The notes under the pieces: generated by a model | The model's input: only the letters and a program-made list of their open reading frames with translations | Database searches by the model: none | Told to the model about the DNA's origin: nothing | Shown: piece by piece, positions 44,916 through 54,247 of the stretch | How positions within the stretch are numbered: the stretch's first letter is position 1 | Layout: each line of letters starts with the position of its first letter | Source of the DNA: Myxococcales bacterium | GTDB lineage: Bacteria; Myxococcota_A; UBA9042; JABWCM01; BTVJ01 | Reading direction: 5' to 3' | Assembly (NCBI GenBank): GCA_045863395.1 | Contig: BTVJ01000016.1 | Span: 32,001-96,000 of the forward strand | Length of the DNA: 64,000 nt | Translations under genes and position numbers: made by a program

Positions 44916-46690
44916 TGGAGACCGTCCTCCTCCGCCTTCTTTCTTGCTGCCTCGTCGTCGGGGATCAGGCGCACGGAGACCTCGGGACGGTCTGCTCGGA
45001 GCTGGACCGTCCGGCGCTCATAGCCGCGCTTGCGGACGGACACGGAGAGGCCGTCTCGCGGCACCGCGACGACCAGCGGCGTCGCCCCGAGCACGCCGCG
45101 ACCGTCCCGCACCTCGGCGCCCGGGGGGACGGAGAGCAGGGTGACCTCGGTAGCGGTCGGCCCGTGGGAGCTTGCCGCGACCAGGGAACCGTGAGTAGCG
45201 GCCACGGTCGATGCCGCGTCCGCGACGGCCTCCACGGCGCCTCTGGGCGTCTCCGCGGCGACTCCGGGCGTCTCCGCAGCGCCCCCGGGCGTCTCCGCGG
45301 CGCCCTCGGGCGTCTCCGCGGCGCCCCCGGGCGCCTCCGCAGCGCCCCCGGGCGTCTCCGCAGCGACTCCGGGCGCCTCCGCAGCGACTCCGGGCGGCGC
45401 CGCAGCGCGTCCGGGCGTCTCCGCAGCGCCTCCGGGCGTCTCTGCAGCACGCCCAGGCTCCCCCACCGGGCCGCCGGACACCGCCCGGGCGCCCTCCACC
45501 GCACCGCCGGACGCAGCCACCACCCCGGTCGGTCGTGCAGCATCCGACGGCTGCTCGGGCCACACCAGCGCGGCGACCCCTCCGAGCACCGCCACCCCGA
45601 CGAGCGCCGCGACGACGGCCGCGCGCCCCCGCCGGGACCGCCGCAGCGCCATCACGGACTCGGCGGTGGTCGTGTCCGCGGCCGGCTCGACGCTGCCGAG
45701 GCGCGCCCTCGCCGCGGCCACGGCGGGCCTCCCATGCACCCGCTCCCGCTCGACCCGCGCCAGCTCCGCGAGCAGCGCCGCCGCATCCGCCGGCCGCTCG
45801 GACGGGCGCTTGGACAGGCACCGCAGCACCAGCTCCTCCATGCCCCCGGAGAGGGGCCGCCCGCCCATGAGCGACCGGATCGGGCGCGGGGGCGTCTGGA
45901 CGTGGTGCACCATGACCCCGACCAGGCTGTCCGCCTGGAAGGGCGTGGACCCGGTCATCATCTGGTACAGGAGCACGCCCACGCTATAGACGTCGGACGC
46001 AGGGGTCACACCCTCGCCGGTCACGTTCTCGGGGCTCATGTAGTCCGGGGTGCCGCAGACCATGCCGGTCTTCGTCACGGGCCCCTCCGAGACCGGCTCG
46101 AGGCTCTTGGCGACGCCGAAGTCCAGCACCTTGACCAGCTCCCGCTCGGTGCCCGGCCGCAGCAGGAAGACGTTGTCGGGCTTGACGTCGCGGTGGACGA
46201 CGCCCTGCTCGTGGGCCTCGCTCAGCGACTCGCACACCTGGGTGGCGATGCGGCTCGCGCGCTCCTCCGCCATGGGGCCGCCGCTCTGGAGGGCCTGCCG
46301 CAGCGTAGCCCCCGACAGCAGCTCCATGGCGATGAACAGCATGCCGTCGGCGGTGCGCCCGAAGTCGTACAGCGACACGGTGTGGGGGCTGCCGAGGCGG
46401 CTGGCGAGGCGCGCCTCGGCCAGGAAGCGCTTGACCGCGTCCACGTTCTGGCCCAGCTCGGGCCGCAGGACCTTGAGGGCGACGTCCCGGTCCATGGAGT
46501 GCTGCGTCGCGACGTAGACCGCGCCCATGCCCCCCTGGGCGAGCAGCTTGCGGATGGTGAAGCGCCCCTCGATGACGCGGCCCTCGAGGCCCTTGAGGGG
46601 GTCGCCCATCACCCGCGCGCCGTCGGCGGGACAGAACATCACCTCGGGTCCGTAGACCCGCGAGCACTGGGGGCAGACGTGATCGGCCAT
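44912..46690 (-). CDS. Membrane Ser/Thr protein kinase (Zn-ribbon N-terminus, PEGA-like C-terminus)
   Basis: CPQC..CPADG; LAQGGMGAVY, VALK, HRDVKPDN, KVLDFG, GTPDYMSPE, SDVYSVG; TM; repeats. Confidence 0.92.
   Translation of the reverse strand: MADHVCPQCSRVYGPEVMFCPADGARVMGDPLKGLEGRVIEGRFTIRKLLAQGGMGAVYVATQHSMDRDVALKVLRPELGQNVDAVKRFLAEARLASRLGSPHTVSLYDFGRTADGMLFIAMELLSGATLRQALQSGGPMAEERASRIATQVCESLSEAHEQGVVHRDVKPDNVFLLRPGTERELVKVLDFGVAKSLEPVSEGPVTKTGMVCGTPDYMSPENVTGEGVTPASDVYSVGVLLYQMMTGSTPFQADSLVGVMVHHVQTPPRPIRSLMGGRPLSGGMEELVLRCLSKRPSERPADAAALLAELARVERERVHGRPAVAAARARLGSVEPAADTTTAESVMALRRSRRGRAAVVAALVGVAVLGGVAALVWPEQPSDAARPTGVVAASGGAVEGARAVSGGPVGEPGRAAETPGGAAETPGRAAAPPGVAAEAPGVAAETPGGAAEAPGGAAETPEGAAETPGGAAETPGVAAETPRGAVEAVADAASTVAATHGSLVAASSHGPTATEVTLLSVPPGAEVRDGRGVLGATPLVVAVPRDGLSVSVRKRGYERRTVQLRADRPEVSVRLIPDDEAARKKAEEDGLQ
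45239..45448 (-). repeat. Coding tandem repeat, 21 bp x about 10 (AAETPGG consensus)
   Basis: AAETPGG/AAETPGR/AAAPPGV/AAEAPGV... in the kinase extracytoplasmic region. Confidence 0.9.
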
Positions 46691-46829
46691 GAGCACTCCT
46701 CGGCGGACGCCCCGGGCGCCCCCCGAAACGGCGCGGAGCCTATCACGGGGCACGACCGCAATTCGAGCCCAACGATGGGCTACTTCAAAGGTTGCGCGGA
46801 GCGGTCGCCTGGGGGCATAGTCCACAACC

Positions 46830-47729
46830 ATGATCCCCACTGACCACGAGCGAGCGCGACCACACCTCCGGGTGCTCCCGGGGCTGCTGTTCCTGGCCCT
46901 GCTGGGCGGGTGCAAGGACTCCCCGCCCACCACCGACCAGGCTCCCACGACGACCACTGGCGCCCTCACGGCACCGGCGGAGCGTCCCCTCCCCGCGTTC
47001 GCCGGCCTGCTCTTGGACGTGGACGGTGACCGGATCCTCGTCGGCACGCCCCTGCCCGCCCCCGAGAACGCCGACCCCATGATGGAGATGACGGTCCGCC
47101 TGCTCGTCCGCGGCGTCCCGACCCCCTGGCCGCTCGACGACCGCCCCCTGAGCCACGCGCGCCTGCTGCCGGGCGGCGCCCTGGGCATCACCATGCGCGG
47201 CGACCTGGTGGTGGCGGACGCCACGGTCACCCGCGTGGACGGCGAGGCCATCGGCCCCGTGGGCGCCTCCGCCGACGGCCGCACCCTGGTCTACTGCAAG
47301 GGCGAGGCCCCCTCCCTGGAGGTCTGGCGCGCCGACTACGACGGTGGCTGGACCACGCGCCCCGTCACCACCGCGATGGCCCCCACGTGGTCGCCCGCGG
47401 TGTCAGGAGACAGCGTCGTCTACGCGTCCGCCCACTCCGGCGTCGCGGCGCTCTGGCGCGCGGACGGCGGCGCCCCTCGCCAGCTCACGAACCGCGACGT
47501 GACGTTCACACCAGGTCAGGCGCCCCACCTCGACCCGTTCCCGGCGTCCCTCACCCCCACCCTGTTCGACGGCGACCGCATCGTCTTCGAGGGGGAGCAG
47601 GGCGTCGTGGTCATGACTGGCGAGGGCCGCGTCCTGCGCCAGGAGACCGGGCGCGTCCCCCACCGCTTGGGGCTCGGCTACGGCGTGGTCCGGGGCAACG
47701 CGATCCACCCCCTGGAGGTGGCCCCATGA
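46830..47729 (+). CDS. Lipoprotein with TolB/WD40-like repeats
   Basis: Lipobox LGGC; SADGRTLVY, WSPAVSGDSVVYAS, PRQLT. Confidence 0.65.
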   Translation: MIPTDHERARPHLRVLPGLLFLALLGGCKDSPPTTDQAPTTTTGALTAPAERPLPAFAGLLLDVDGDRILVGTPLPAPENADPMMEMTVRLLVRGVPTPWPLDDRPLSHARLLPGGALGITMRGDLVVADATVTRVDGEAIGPVGASADGRTLVYCKGEAPSLEVWRADYDGGWTTRPVTTAMAPTWSPAVSGDSVVYASAHSGVAALWRADGGAPRQLTNRDVTFTPGQAPHLDPFPASLTPTLFDGDRIVFEGEQGVVVMTGEGRVLRQETGRVPHRLGLGYGVVRGNAIHPLEVAP

Positions 47730-49321
47730 GGTGGCTGCTGGCGGCGTGGGTCCTGCTCCTGGCGACGGACGCCTCCGCGGTGCGGCACCGGCGCCCGTTC
47801 CACCCCTCCATCAAGCTCGGCCACGGCTTCGACAACAACTACGGCGCCGCGGGCTGCGTGGACTGGGGCTGCGGCGGCACCTGCTACCACACCCACACGG
47901 GCAGCGACTTCCCCATCGGCATCGGCAACGACGTGCTCGCCGGCGCCGGCGGTACGGTCATCGAGACCTCCCAGGGCTGCGCGGACTGGGGCTACCGCGG
48001 CAACCCCTGCGGCGGCTACTGCGGCAACTTCGTCCGCATCCAGCACGCCGACGGCAGCCGCACCCTCTACTGCCACATGCGCAACGGGTCCATCGCCGTC
48101 GGCAAGGGGCAGGGGGTCTCCTGCGGTCAGAAGATCGGCGAGTCGGCCAGCTCGGGCAGCTCCACGGGCCCCCATCTGCACTTCGGCTGGCAGCCCGGCG
48201 GCGGCAGCTCCAAGGACTCGTTCTCCGGGAGCTGCTCCGGCACCTCCGGCGCCTGGGTGGACCAGGGCCCCTACCCTGGCTACCCGGGCGCGGGCTGCGA
48301 GCAGAGCTGCGACTGCTCGCCGGGCCAGACCCAGACGGAGGGCTGCGGCAAGTGCGGCACCCGGTCCCGCTCCTGCGGCGGCGACTGCAAGTGGGGCGGG
48401 TGGTCCGGCTGCGGCGGCGAGGGGCCGTGCAGCCCAGGAGAGACCCAGTCCCAGGCCTGCTGCGACTGCGGCCAGCAGGCCCGCGCCTGCGGCGGCAACT
48501 GCCACTGGGGCGAGTGGGGCGGCTGCTCCGGCCCCAACCCGCCCGGGCCGCCGCCCTGCGACACGGGGGTCCCCGGGGTGTGCGCCGTGGGCGAGATCCA
48601 CTGCATGAACGGGTGCCTCGGCTGCGCCCAGGCGGTGGAGCCGACCCCCGAGGTGTGCGACGGCCTCGACAACGACTGCGACGGCCCCACCGACGAGGAC
48701 GCCAAGACGCTGGGGAATCCCCCACCCCCGTTCGCAGCCGCCCTGGAGGACCTCTCGGCCCCGGGCGCCATGCCGGCGGGGCAGCCCGGCATCGTCTGGG
48801 CGGTGTTCCGCAACGTGGGGACGGCGCCCTGGCCCAAGGCCGCCACGTGGCTCCAGGCGACGGCGCCCGGCGGAACCCCGAGCCCGCTGTGGGACCCGGC
48901 CTCCTGGGCGGCATGGGATGTTGCCGTTGCCGTACCGACCGAGGTGAAGCCCGGGGAGGCGGCGTTCCTGACCTTCCCCATCCAGATGCCGCTCGCGAGC
49001 GCCCCGACGGCGACGACCTTCGCGGTGTCCGTGGACGGCAAGCCCCTGGCGTGCCCGTCGCCGGGCTTCGATCTCGCCCCGCTTTGGCTGGTACCGCCGA
49101 CGACGGGCCCGTCCGGCGGCGGCGCCAAGCCTGGTCCCGAGGACGCCGGCGCGATGGACTCCGAGGCCCCCGAGGACGACTCGTCGTCCCCCGGCGAGCC
49201 AGCCTCCATCGCGGACGTCGCCCCCGAGGGTCCGACGACCGGCGGGTGCGGCGCCACCGGTGGCGGGGCTGCCTGGGTCCTGCTCCTGCTCGCCCTCGCC
49301 CGGCGCCGTCGCGCGCACTGA
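47726..49321 (+). CDS. M23 family metallopeptidase with Cys-rich repeats and MYXO-CTERM-like tail
   Basis: HTGSDF (HxxxD), TLYCHM, STGPHLHF; CGKCG/WGGWSGC repeats; EVCDGLDNDCDG; tail GGCGATGGGAAWVLLLLALARRRR. Confidence 0.88.
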   Translation: MRWLLAAWVLLLATDASAVRHRRPFHPSIKLGHGFDNNYGAAGCVDWGCGGTCYHTHTGSDFPIGIGNDVLAGAGGTVIETSQGCADWGYRGNPCGGYCGNFVRIQHADGSRTLYCHMRNGSIAVGKGQGVSCGQKIGESASSGSSTGPHLHFGWQPGGGSSKDSFSGSCSGTSGAWVDQGPYPGYPGAGCEQSCDCSPGQTQTEGCGKCGTRSRSCGGDCKWGGWSGCGGEGPCSPGETQSQACCDCGQQARACGGNCHWGEWGGCSGPNPPGPPPCDTGVPGVCAVGEIHCMNGCLGCAQAVEPTPEVCDGLDNDCDGPTDEDAKTLGNPPPPFAAALEDLSAPGAMPAGQPGIVWAVFRNVGTAPWPKAATWLQATAPGGTPSPLWDPASWAAWDVAVAVPTEVKPGEAAFLTFPIQMPLASAPTATTFAVSVDGKPLACPSPGFDLAPLWLVPPTTGPSGGGAKPGPEDAGAMDSEAPEDDSSSPGEPASIADVAPEGPTTGGCGATGGGAAWVLLLLALARRRRAH

Positions 49322-49341
49322 CCACCAAAGGAGCTTCTCCA

Positions 49342-50001
49342 ATGAACGTGATCCTCTTCGGCGCCACCGGCATGGTCGGGCAGGCTGCCCTGCTGGAGTG
49401 TCTGGACGACCCGGGCGTGGAGCGGGTCCTCGCGGTGGGCCGCCAGGCGACGGGCCGGGAGCACCCCAAGCTGCGCGACCTGGTCCACGCCGCCTTCACG
49501 GACTACACCGCCGTCGAGGACCAGCTCCGCGGCTACGACGCCTGCTTCTTCTGTCTGGGGGTCTCCTCCCTCGGCATGAAGGAGGCGGAGTACACGCGCA
49601 TCACCTACGACTTCACTCTCTCCGCGGCGCAGACCCTGGCCCGCTTGAACCCGGGCATGGCCTTCCTCTACGTGACCGGCGAGGGCACGGACAGCACCGA
49701 GCAGGGCCGCTCCTGGTGGGCCCGCATCAAGGGCCGCACGGAGAATGACCTCCTCAAGCTCCCGCTCGCGGCGACCATGCTCCGCCCGGGGTACATCCAC
49801 CCGATGCGAGGCATCCGCGCCCGCCACGGCCTCACCCGCGCGGCCTACGTGCTGGGCGGGCCGCTGTTCCCCCTCATCCGCCGGCTCGCCCCAAGCCACA
49901 CGACGACCTCGGTGCAGCTCGCGAAGGCGATGCTCCACATCGCCCGCCACGGCCACCCGAAGCGCATCCTGACCACGGACGACATCAACGCCATCGCCTG
50001 A
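49342..50001 (+). CDS. NAD(P)-binding epimerase/SDR family protein
   Basis: AAGGAG RBS; ILFGATGMVG; DACFFCLGVSS. Confidence 0.85.
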   Translation: MNVILFGATGMVGQAALLECLDDPGVERVLAVGRQATGREHPKLRDLVHAAFTDYTAVEDQLRGYDACFFCLGVSSLGMKEAEYTRITYDFTLSAAQTLARLNPGMAFLYVTGEGTDSTEQGRSWWARIKGRTENDLLKLPLAATMLRPGYIHPMRGIRARHGLTRAAYVLGGPLFPLIRRLAPSHTTTSVQLAKAMLHIARHGHPKRILTTDDINAIA

Positions 50002-51723
50002 TCAGGGCTCCTCGAAGCGCACCCGCAGGAAGACGAAGCGCTCGTATCCCGTGTTGTCGAGGACGATGGGGGTCGGGGCGTCCAGGGTCAGCGACGCGTG
50101 GCCGTTCAGGGCGAGGAGCCACGAGCCGTCGGGCTGCGGGGAGGCACCCGCGAGGAACGGGGAGGTCATCCACTTCGTGTGCCACGCGACGAGCTGCCCC
50201 GCACGGACGAGCTGACCGCCAGGAGTCCACCGGGCCAGGACCCAGGAGGTGGAGTCGGCGTCGTCGGTCTGGGGTGGGGCGTCGAAGGTGAGGGAGGCCG
50301 GAGGCTCTCCCAAGGTCCACGTGCCGCCCGCCCAGGTCTGCGTGTTGCTCCACCACCCCCCGCCGGGCCAGGGCCGCGCTCGCGGAGGCAGCGTCTTGGC
50401 CCCGAGGAAGGCGCCCCCCCACGAGAACCGGACGTCCAGGGTGCCGTCGCCGCCGTAGCCGCAGGAGAGCTCCCCGTCCTCCACCACGAACTCGACGGCC
50501 CCCTCGAGACCCACGGTCACACCGCCGGCATCGAGGTTCAGCCAGGTGGGGGCGCGGAGCCACCCATAGTGCTGCACGCGCCGCGCGAGGGTCACGTCCC
50601 CAGGCCCTGCCCAGGCCGCCACGAAGAGGTCCATGGCGGGGTCGTCGTCCGAGGACTTGGCCTCGAGGGTGGGGCCCGCCTCGCCCCCAAAGACCGCCTC
50701 CACCCCGAGCGGATAGCCGCCGAAGTCGCCCACCGCGACGAAGCCTGCCCCGTGGCTGGCGAGCATGTTCACGCTGCTGGCCGCCGTCCCAGCGATGGGC
50801 TCGACCCACTGGACGCTGAGGTCCGGCCGAAGCCGCGCGATGAAGCCACGCCCCGGGTAGAAGACCTCCGCCGGGACGTCGATGACCGTCCCGTCCTTGA
50901 AGGTCGCCTGCTGGGCCAAGTGCCCCCCGATGAGCCAGCCGCCGTCGTCCAGTGGCAGGACCGCGCGGACCTCGAGGGCCGGACCCTCCGCGAATCGGCG
51001 CATGTCGAGCACCAGCCCCTCCGGCGACATCACGGTGAAGGCGGCGCCGACAGTCTCCTCCGAGCGGTCGATGACGTCCGGGGTGCCCGGGTTTCCGACC
51101 AGCGCCTTGCCGCTGGCCGCCACCCCGATGCGCCCGTCACTGGCCTCCGCGGCGACACCGAGGCAGCCGTCGCACACATGGCGGGCGAAGCGCAGTGTGC
51201 CGTCGGGACGCACGCGAACCGCCATGTGGTGAAGGTAGGTGACGTCATCCGTGGAGACGGTCACGTCTCCGACCGTCACCTCCCCGGCGAAGGCGCCTCC
51301 CACCAGAAGGTCGCCGTCCGCGAGCGACAGGGACGTGCTCGCGAGCACGCCGTTGCTGCCCGGCGTCGACTGGAGGGCCCAGTCGATGCCGATGGCGACG
51401 CGCTCGGGAGTCACCGGGAGCTCGACGGCGTCTGCGGCATCGAGGCCGCCCGTGTCTGCGCCCCCCCCTCCGCCTCCGTCCGTACCCCCGCCAGCGTCGC
51501 CTGCCGCGCCGTCCGGGGCGTCCTCCAGGCTCGTGTCCCCGGGGCTCCCACCACCGTCCGTCCCGCCCTGCACGTCGGGCGCAGGCGCCACGTCCCCCAG
51601 GGCCGTCCCCCCGTCCTGCGAGACATCCTGCCCCGCTTGCCCCGCGTCCACCGCCCCGCCGGAGGGAGCGTCGTCCCCACCACACGCCAAGAGCACGACC
51701 AGTCCGACCCAAGCTCGTGTCAC
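50002..51723 (-). CDS. Lipoprotein, beta-propeller-like hypothetical
   Basis: GTG start, lipobox LLAC, D/G linker, repeated GFIARL..DLFVA..WVLARW pattern. Confidence 0.65.
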   Translation of the reverse strand: MTRAWVGLVVLLACGGDDAPSGGAVDAGQAGQDVSQDGGTALGDVAPAPDVQGGTDGGGSPGDTSLEDAPDGAAGDAGGGTDGGGGGGADTGGLDAADAVELPVTPERVAIGIDWALQSTPGSNGVLASTSLSLADGDLLVGGAFAGEVTVGDVTVSTDDVTYLHHMAVRVRPDGTLRFARHVCDGCLGVAAEASDGRIGVAASGKALVGNPGTPDVIDRSEETVGAAFTVMSPEGLVLDMRRFAEGPALEVRAVLPLDDGGWLIGGHLAQQATFKDGTVIDVPAEVFYPGRGFIARLRPDLSVQWVEPIAGTAASSVNMLASHGAGFVAVGDFGGYPLGVEAVFGGEAGPTLEAKSSDDDPAMDLFVAAWAGPGDVTLARRVQHYGWLRAPTWLNLDAGGVTVGLEGAVEFVVEDGELSCGYGGDGTLDVRFSWGGAFLGAKTLPPRARPWPGGGWWSNTQTWAGGTWTLGEPPASLTFDAPPQTDDADSTSWVLARWTPGGQLVRAGQLVAWHTKWMTSPFLAGASPQPDGSWLLALNGHASLTLDAPTPIVLDNTGYERFVFLRVRFEEP

Positions 51724-51788
51724 GCTGCCCTCCTCGTCCGAGAGGGGGACACCGTGCCACAGGAGGGGCCGCGCAATCCAGAGGGGGG

Positions 51789-52772
51789 TCAGTACACCTC
51801 GACCAGGAAGCGGTCTGTCGGGCGCAGGTCCCGCTTGCCCACGTCGTTGCCCCACGCCGACGGAGGGACACCCGCGATGTGATCGGAGAGGTTCAGATAC
51901 CCCTTGTGGAGCCCCGCCGCCACGAGCACCTGGTAGACGCCCCAGTCCATGCCGGCGAGACCGCACATATAGAGGATGGTGCGCCGGCTCTCGAGGACGG
52001 GCCGGAGCTGCGCCAGCTCCCGCTCCATGTACTTGTGCAGGTAGATGCCCCTCCCCCCGGGTCCCTCGCGGCTGATCACCGTGTGGTAGTGGAAGTTCGG
52101 GTGCTCCGCGGCGAGCTGCGTGAACAGCTCGTGGTAGATGAGATCCGAGGTGTAGGGGAAGCCCGAGATCAGGTGAATCTGGCTCCGGGCCGCCCCCTGC
52201 GGGCGGCGGAGCAGCTCCAGGGCCATGGCACGGAAGGGCGCGATGCCCGTCCCCGTCGCCATGAACACGTAGTCGTGCGCCTCCACGTCGACCGGCAGCA
52301 GGAACCGCTTGCCCGCGGGGCCGGTCACCCAGACGTCGTCGCCCTCGCGCAGATCGCACATATGATTGGAGCACACCCCCAAAAAGAGGCGGTGATCGCC
52401 GGGGTCGTCACCAGGCCGCTGAGGCGCGCGCTCGTCGATGAGGCGCTTGACGGACGTGGAGATCACGTTGCCGGCGCCGTCCTCCCCCCAGGACGGGGAC
52501 GCGCTGGAGTAGAGGCGCACCGCGTGGGGCTTCCCGGCATCATCGAGCCCTGGCGCGACCACCCCGAAGGCCTGGCCGGGCAGGAAGGAGCCCGCCAGGG
52601 GGGTGCCGCTCAAATCCACGCAGAAGTGCCGCACGAAGCTCGCGGACTTCTTCTTGCCGAAGGTGCACAGCTCGTTGCTGGCGACCCGGGCGCGGACCGG
52701 CTCCGACGCTGGCACGATCTTGATGCGGGCGTCTGGCATCACGGGGAGGTGAGGATCAGCGTTTCTCGGCAT
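51789..52772 (-). CDS. Ferredoxin-NADP(+) reductase, plant/PetH-type
   Basis: RLYSSAS, GVCSNH, TGPAG, MATGTGIAPF, YMCGL, C-terminal VEVY. Confidence 0.88.
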   Translation of the reverse strand: MPRNADPHLPVMPDARIKIVPASEPVRARVASNELCTFGKKKSASFVRHFCVDLSGTPLAGSFLPGQAFGVVAPGLDDAGKPHAVRLYSSASPSWGEDGAGNVISTSVKRLIDERAPQRPGDDPGDHRLFLGVCSNHMCDLREGDDVWVTGPAGKRFLLPVDVEAHDYVFMATGTGIAPFRAMALELLRRPQGAARSQIHLISGFPYTSDLIYHELFTQLAAEHPNFHYHTVISREGPGGRGIYLHKYMERELAQLRPVLESRRTILYMCGLAGMDWGVYQVLVAAGLHKGYLNLSDHIAGVPPSAWGNDVGKRDLRPTDRFLVEVY

Positions 52773-53066
52773 GGGTGCTCTCCCTTTCTCACATGAGGGG
52801 CGCCCCACCGCCGGGACGCCCCGGATCTGCGGTCGACACTAGGACCCCCAGGAGGGAAAGACAAGCAGGATCGGAGGCCCGGTGGCCGCCCCCACCCGCC
52901 GTGATACCGTGCCCCAGTCACCGCCCCCCCGGTCCGACGGAAACAACGCGGTGACGCGCGCAAACCGTCTCGACCCCCGCGCCGACTTGGGCTATGGTGG
53001 GCGCCGCTGCCACGGCCCTCGCTGGCCCACCCGGGATGGCGGCACCGACACCGAGGAGGACCTCCG

Positions 53067-54239
53067 ATGAGACGATGGACGGGAGCGCTTCTGGCCGCGG
53101 GCGTCTTGGCGGCGACGGACGTGGCCGCGGATCCGACGGGCAGCGCGAGCGCCGCCGCGGACGACTTCGACGACCTGGACGACGAGCCGGAGCTGGACGA
53201 CCCGCTCTCCTGGCAGATAGGCACCATGCTCGTGCTGCGTCCGGTGGCGCTCATCCAGGCCCAGGCCGCCCCCTACGTGGGCGACGACGCCTTGGTGGTG
53301 ACGGGGGACGCCGCGGACAGCGAGGGCTTCCGCCTCCGCCGCGCCCGCCTCGGCTTCTCGGGTGTCGCCGCCGCCATCGTCCCGTTCCAGGTGTCGGGGG
53401 AGCTGGCCGGCGACACCGCCCGCCTGGTCGACGCCTGGGTGGGCGTCGTGCCGAAGCCCTTCGTGGGCCTCTACGCGGGCGCACGCAAGGTGCCCTTCAG
53501 CCGCTCCGCCATCATGGGCGCGGACCGCACGGCGCTCATCGAGCGGCCGTTCGCCGTGCGCGCCATGGCCCCCTTCCGCCAGGTGGGCATGTCGCTGGAG
53601 GGCGACATCCTCGGGCCGATGCTCCACTACAGCGTGGGTCTCTTCAACGGCTTCCAGCGCAGCGACCTCTTCGGTGAGGGCTACACGGAGAACGCGGCCG
53701 CCTTCGGCAACCGCTTCGACGAGCTGGCGGTGGCGGGGCGTCTCTCGACCGCCCCCCTGGGCGAGCTCGGCGAGTCCATGGCGGACCTCGACCACTCCAG
53801 CTTCCGCTTCGGCGTCGGGTGCAGCGCCTTCTACAGCGACGGCGGCACGCGGGACATCATCGGCGTCGAGGGCGACTTCCTGATCCACTCCCACGGCTTC
53901 CACTTCCTCGGCGAGTTCCTGTGGGACACCGCGGAGCCCGAGAGCAAGCCCACCCAGGGCAGCACCCAGCTCGCCAAGGTCGAGCGCATGAGCGCCGTCG
54001 GCGAGCTCGGCTACGTGGTGCTCCCGCGCATGCTGTCCCTCTCGGCGCGGGTCGAGTGGATGGACCCCAACACGGGCATCGACGACAACGGCGACCAGGT
54101 CGCCATCTCCGCCGGCTTCGCCTTCCACGTCTGGGAGGACTACGCCAAGGTCCAGGCCGAGTTCGTCCACCGGGAGGAGCTCAACGGCCCGAGCCTCGAC
54201 AACGACGCGATGGTCATCCAGGTCCAGCTCGGGCTGTGA
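53067..54239 (+). CDS. Porin, OprO/OprP-like
   Basis: Signal peptide; GFRLRRARL, LVDAWV, KVPFSR, IERP, GLFNG; C-terminal QVQLGL. Confidence 0.75.
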   Translation: MRRWTGALLAAGVLAATDVAADPTGSASAAADDFDDLDDEPELDDPLSWQIGTMLVLRPVALIQAQAAPYVGDDALVVTGDAADSEGFRLRRARLGFSGVAAAIVPFQVSGELAGDTARLVDAWVGVVPKPFVGLYAGARKVPFSRSAIMGADRTALIERPFAVRAMAPFRQVGMSLEGDILGPMLHYSVGLFNGFQRSDLFGEGYTENAAAFGNRFDELAVAGRLSTAPLGELGESMADLDHSSFRFGVGCSAFYSDGGTRDIIGVEGDFLIHSHGFHFLGEFLWDTAEPESKPTQGSTQLAKVERMSAVGELGYVVLPRMLSLSARVEWMDPNTGIDDNGDQVAISAGFAFHVWEDYAKVQAEFVHREELNGPSLDNDAMVIQVQLGL

Positions 54240-54247
54240 GGTCCCCC

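Noticed and set aside
45239..45448. Regular repeats as a possible CRISPR array
   Set aside because: Head-to-tail 21-bp in-frame coding repeats with no spacers, and no cas genes.
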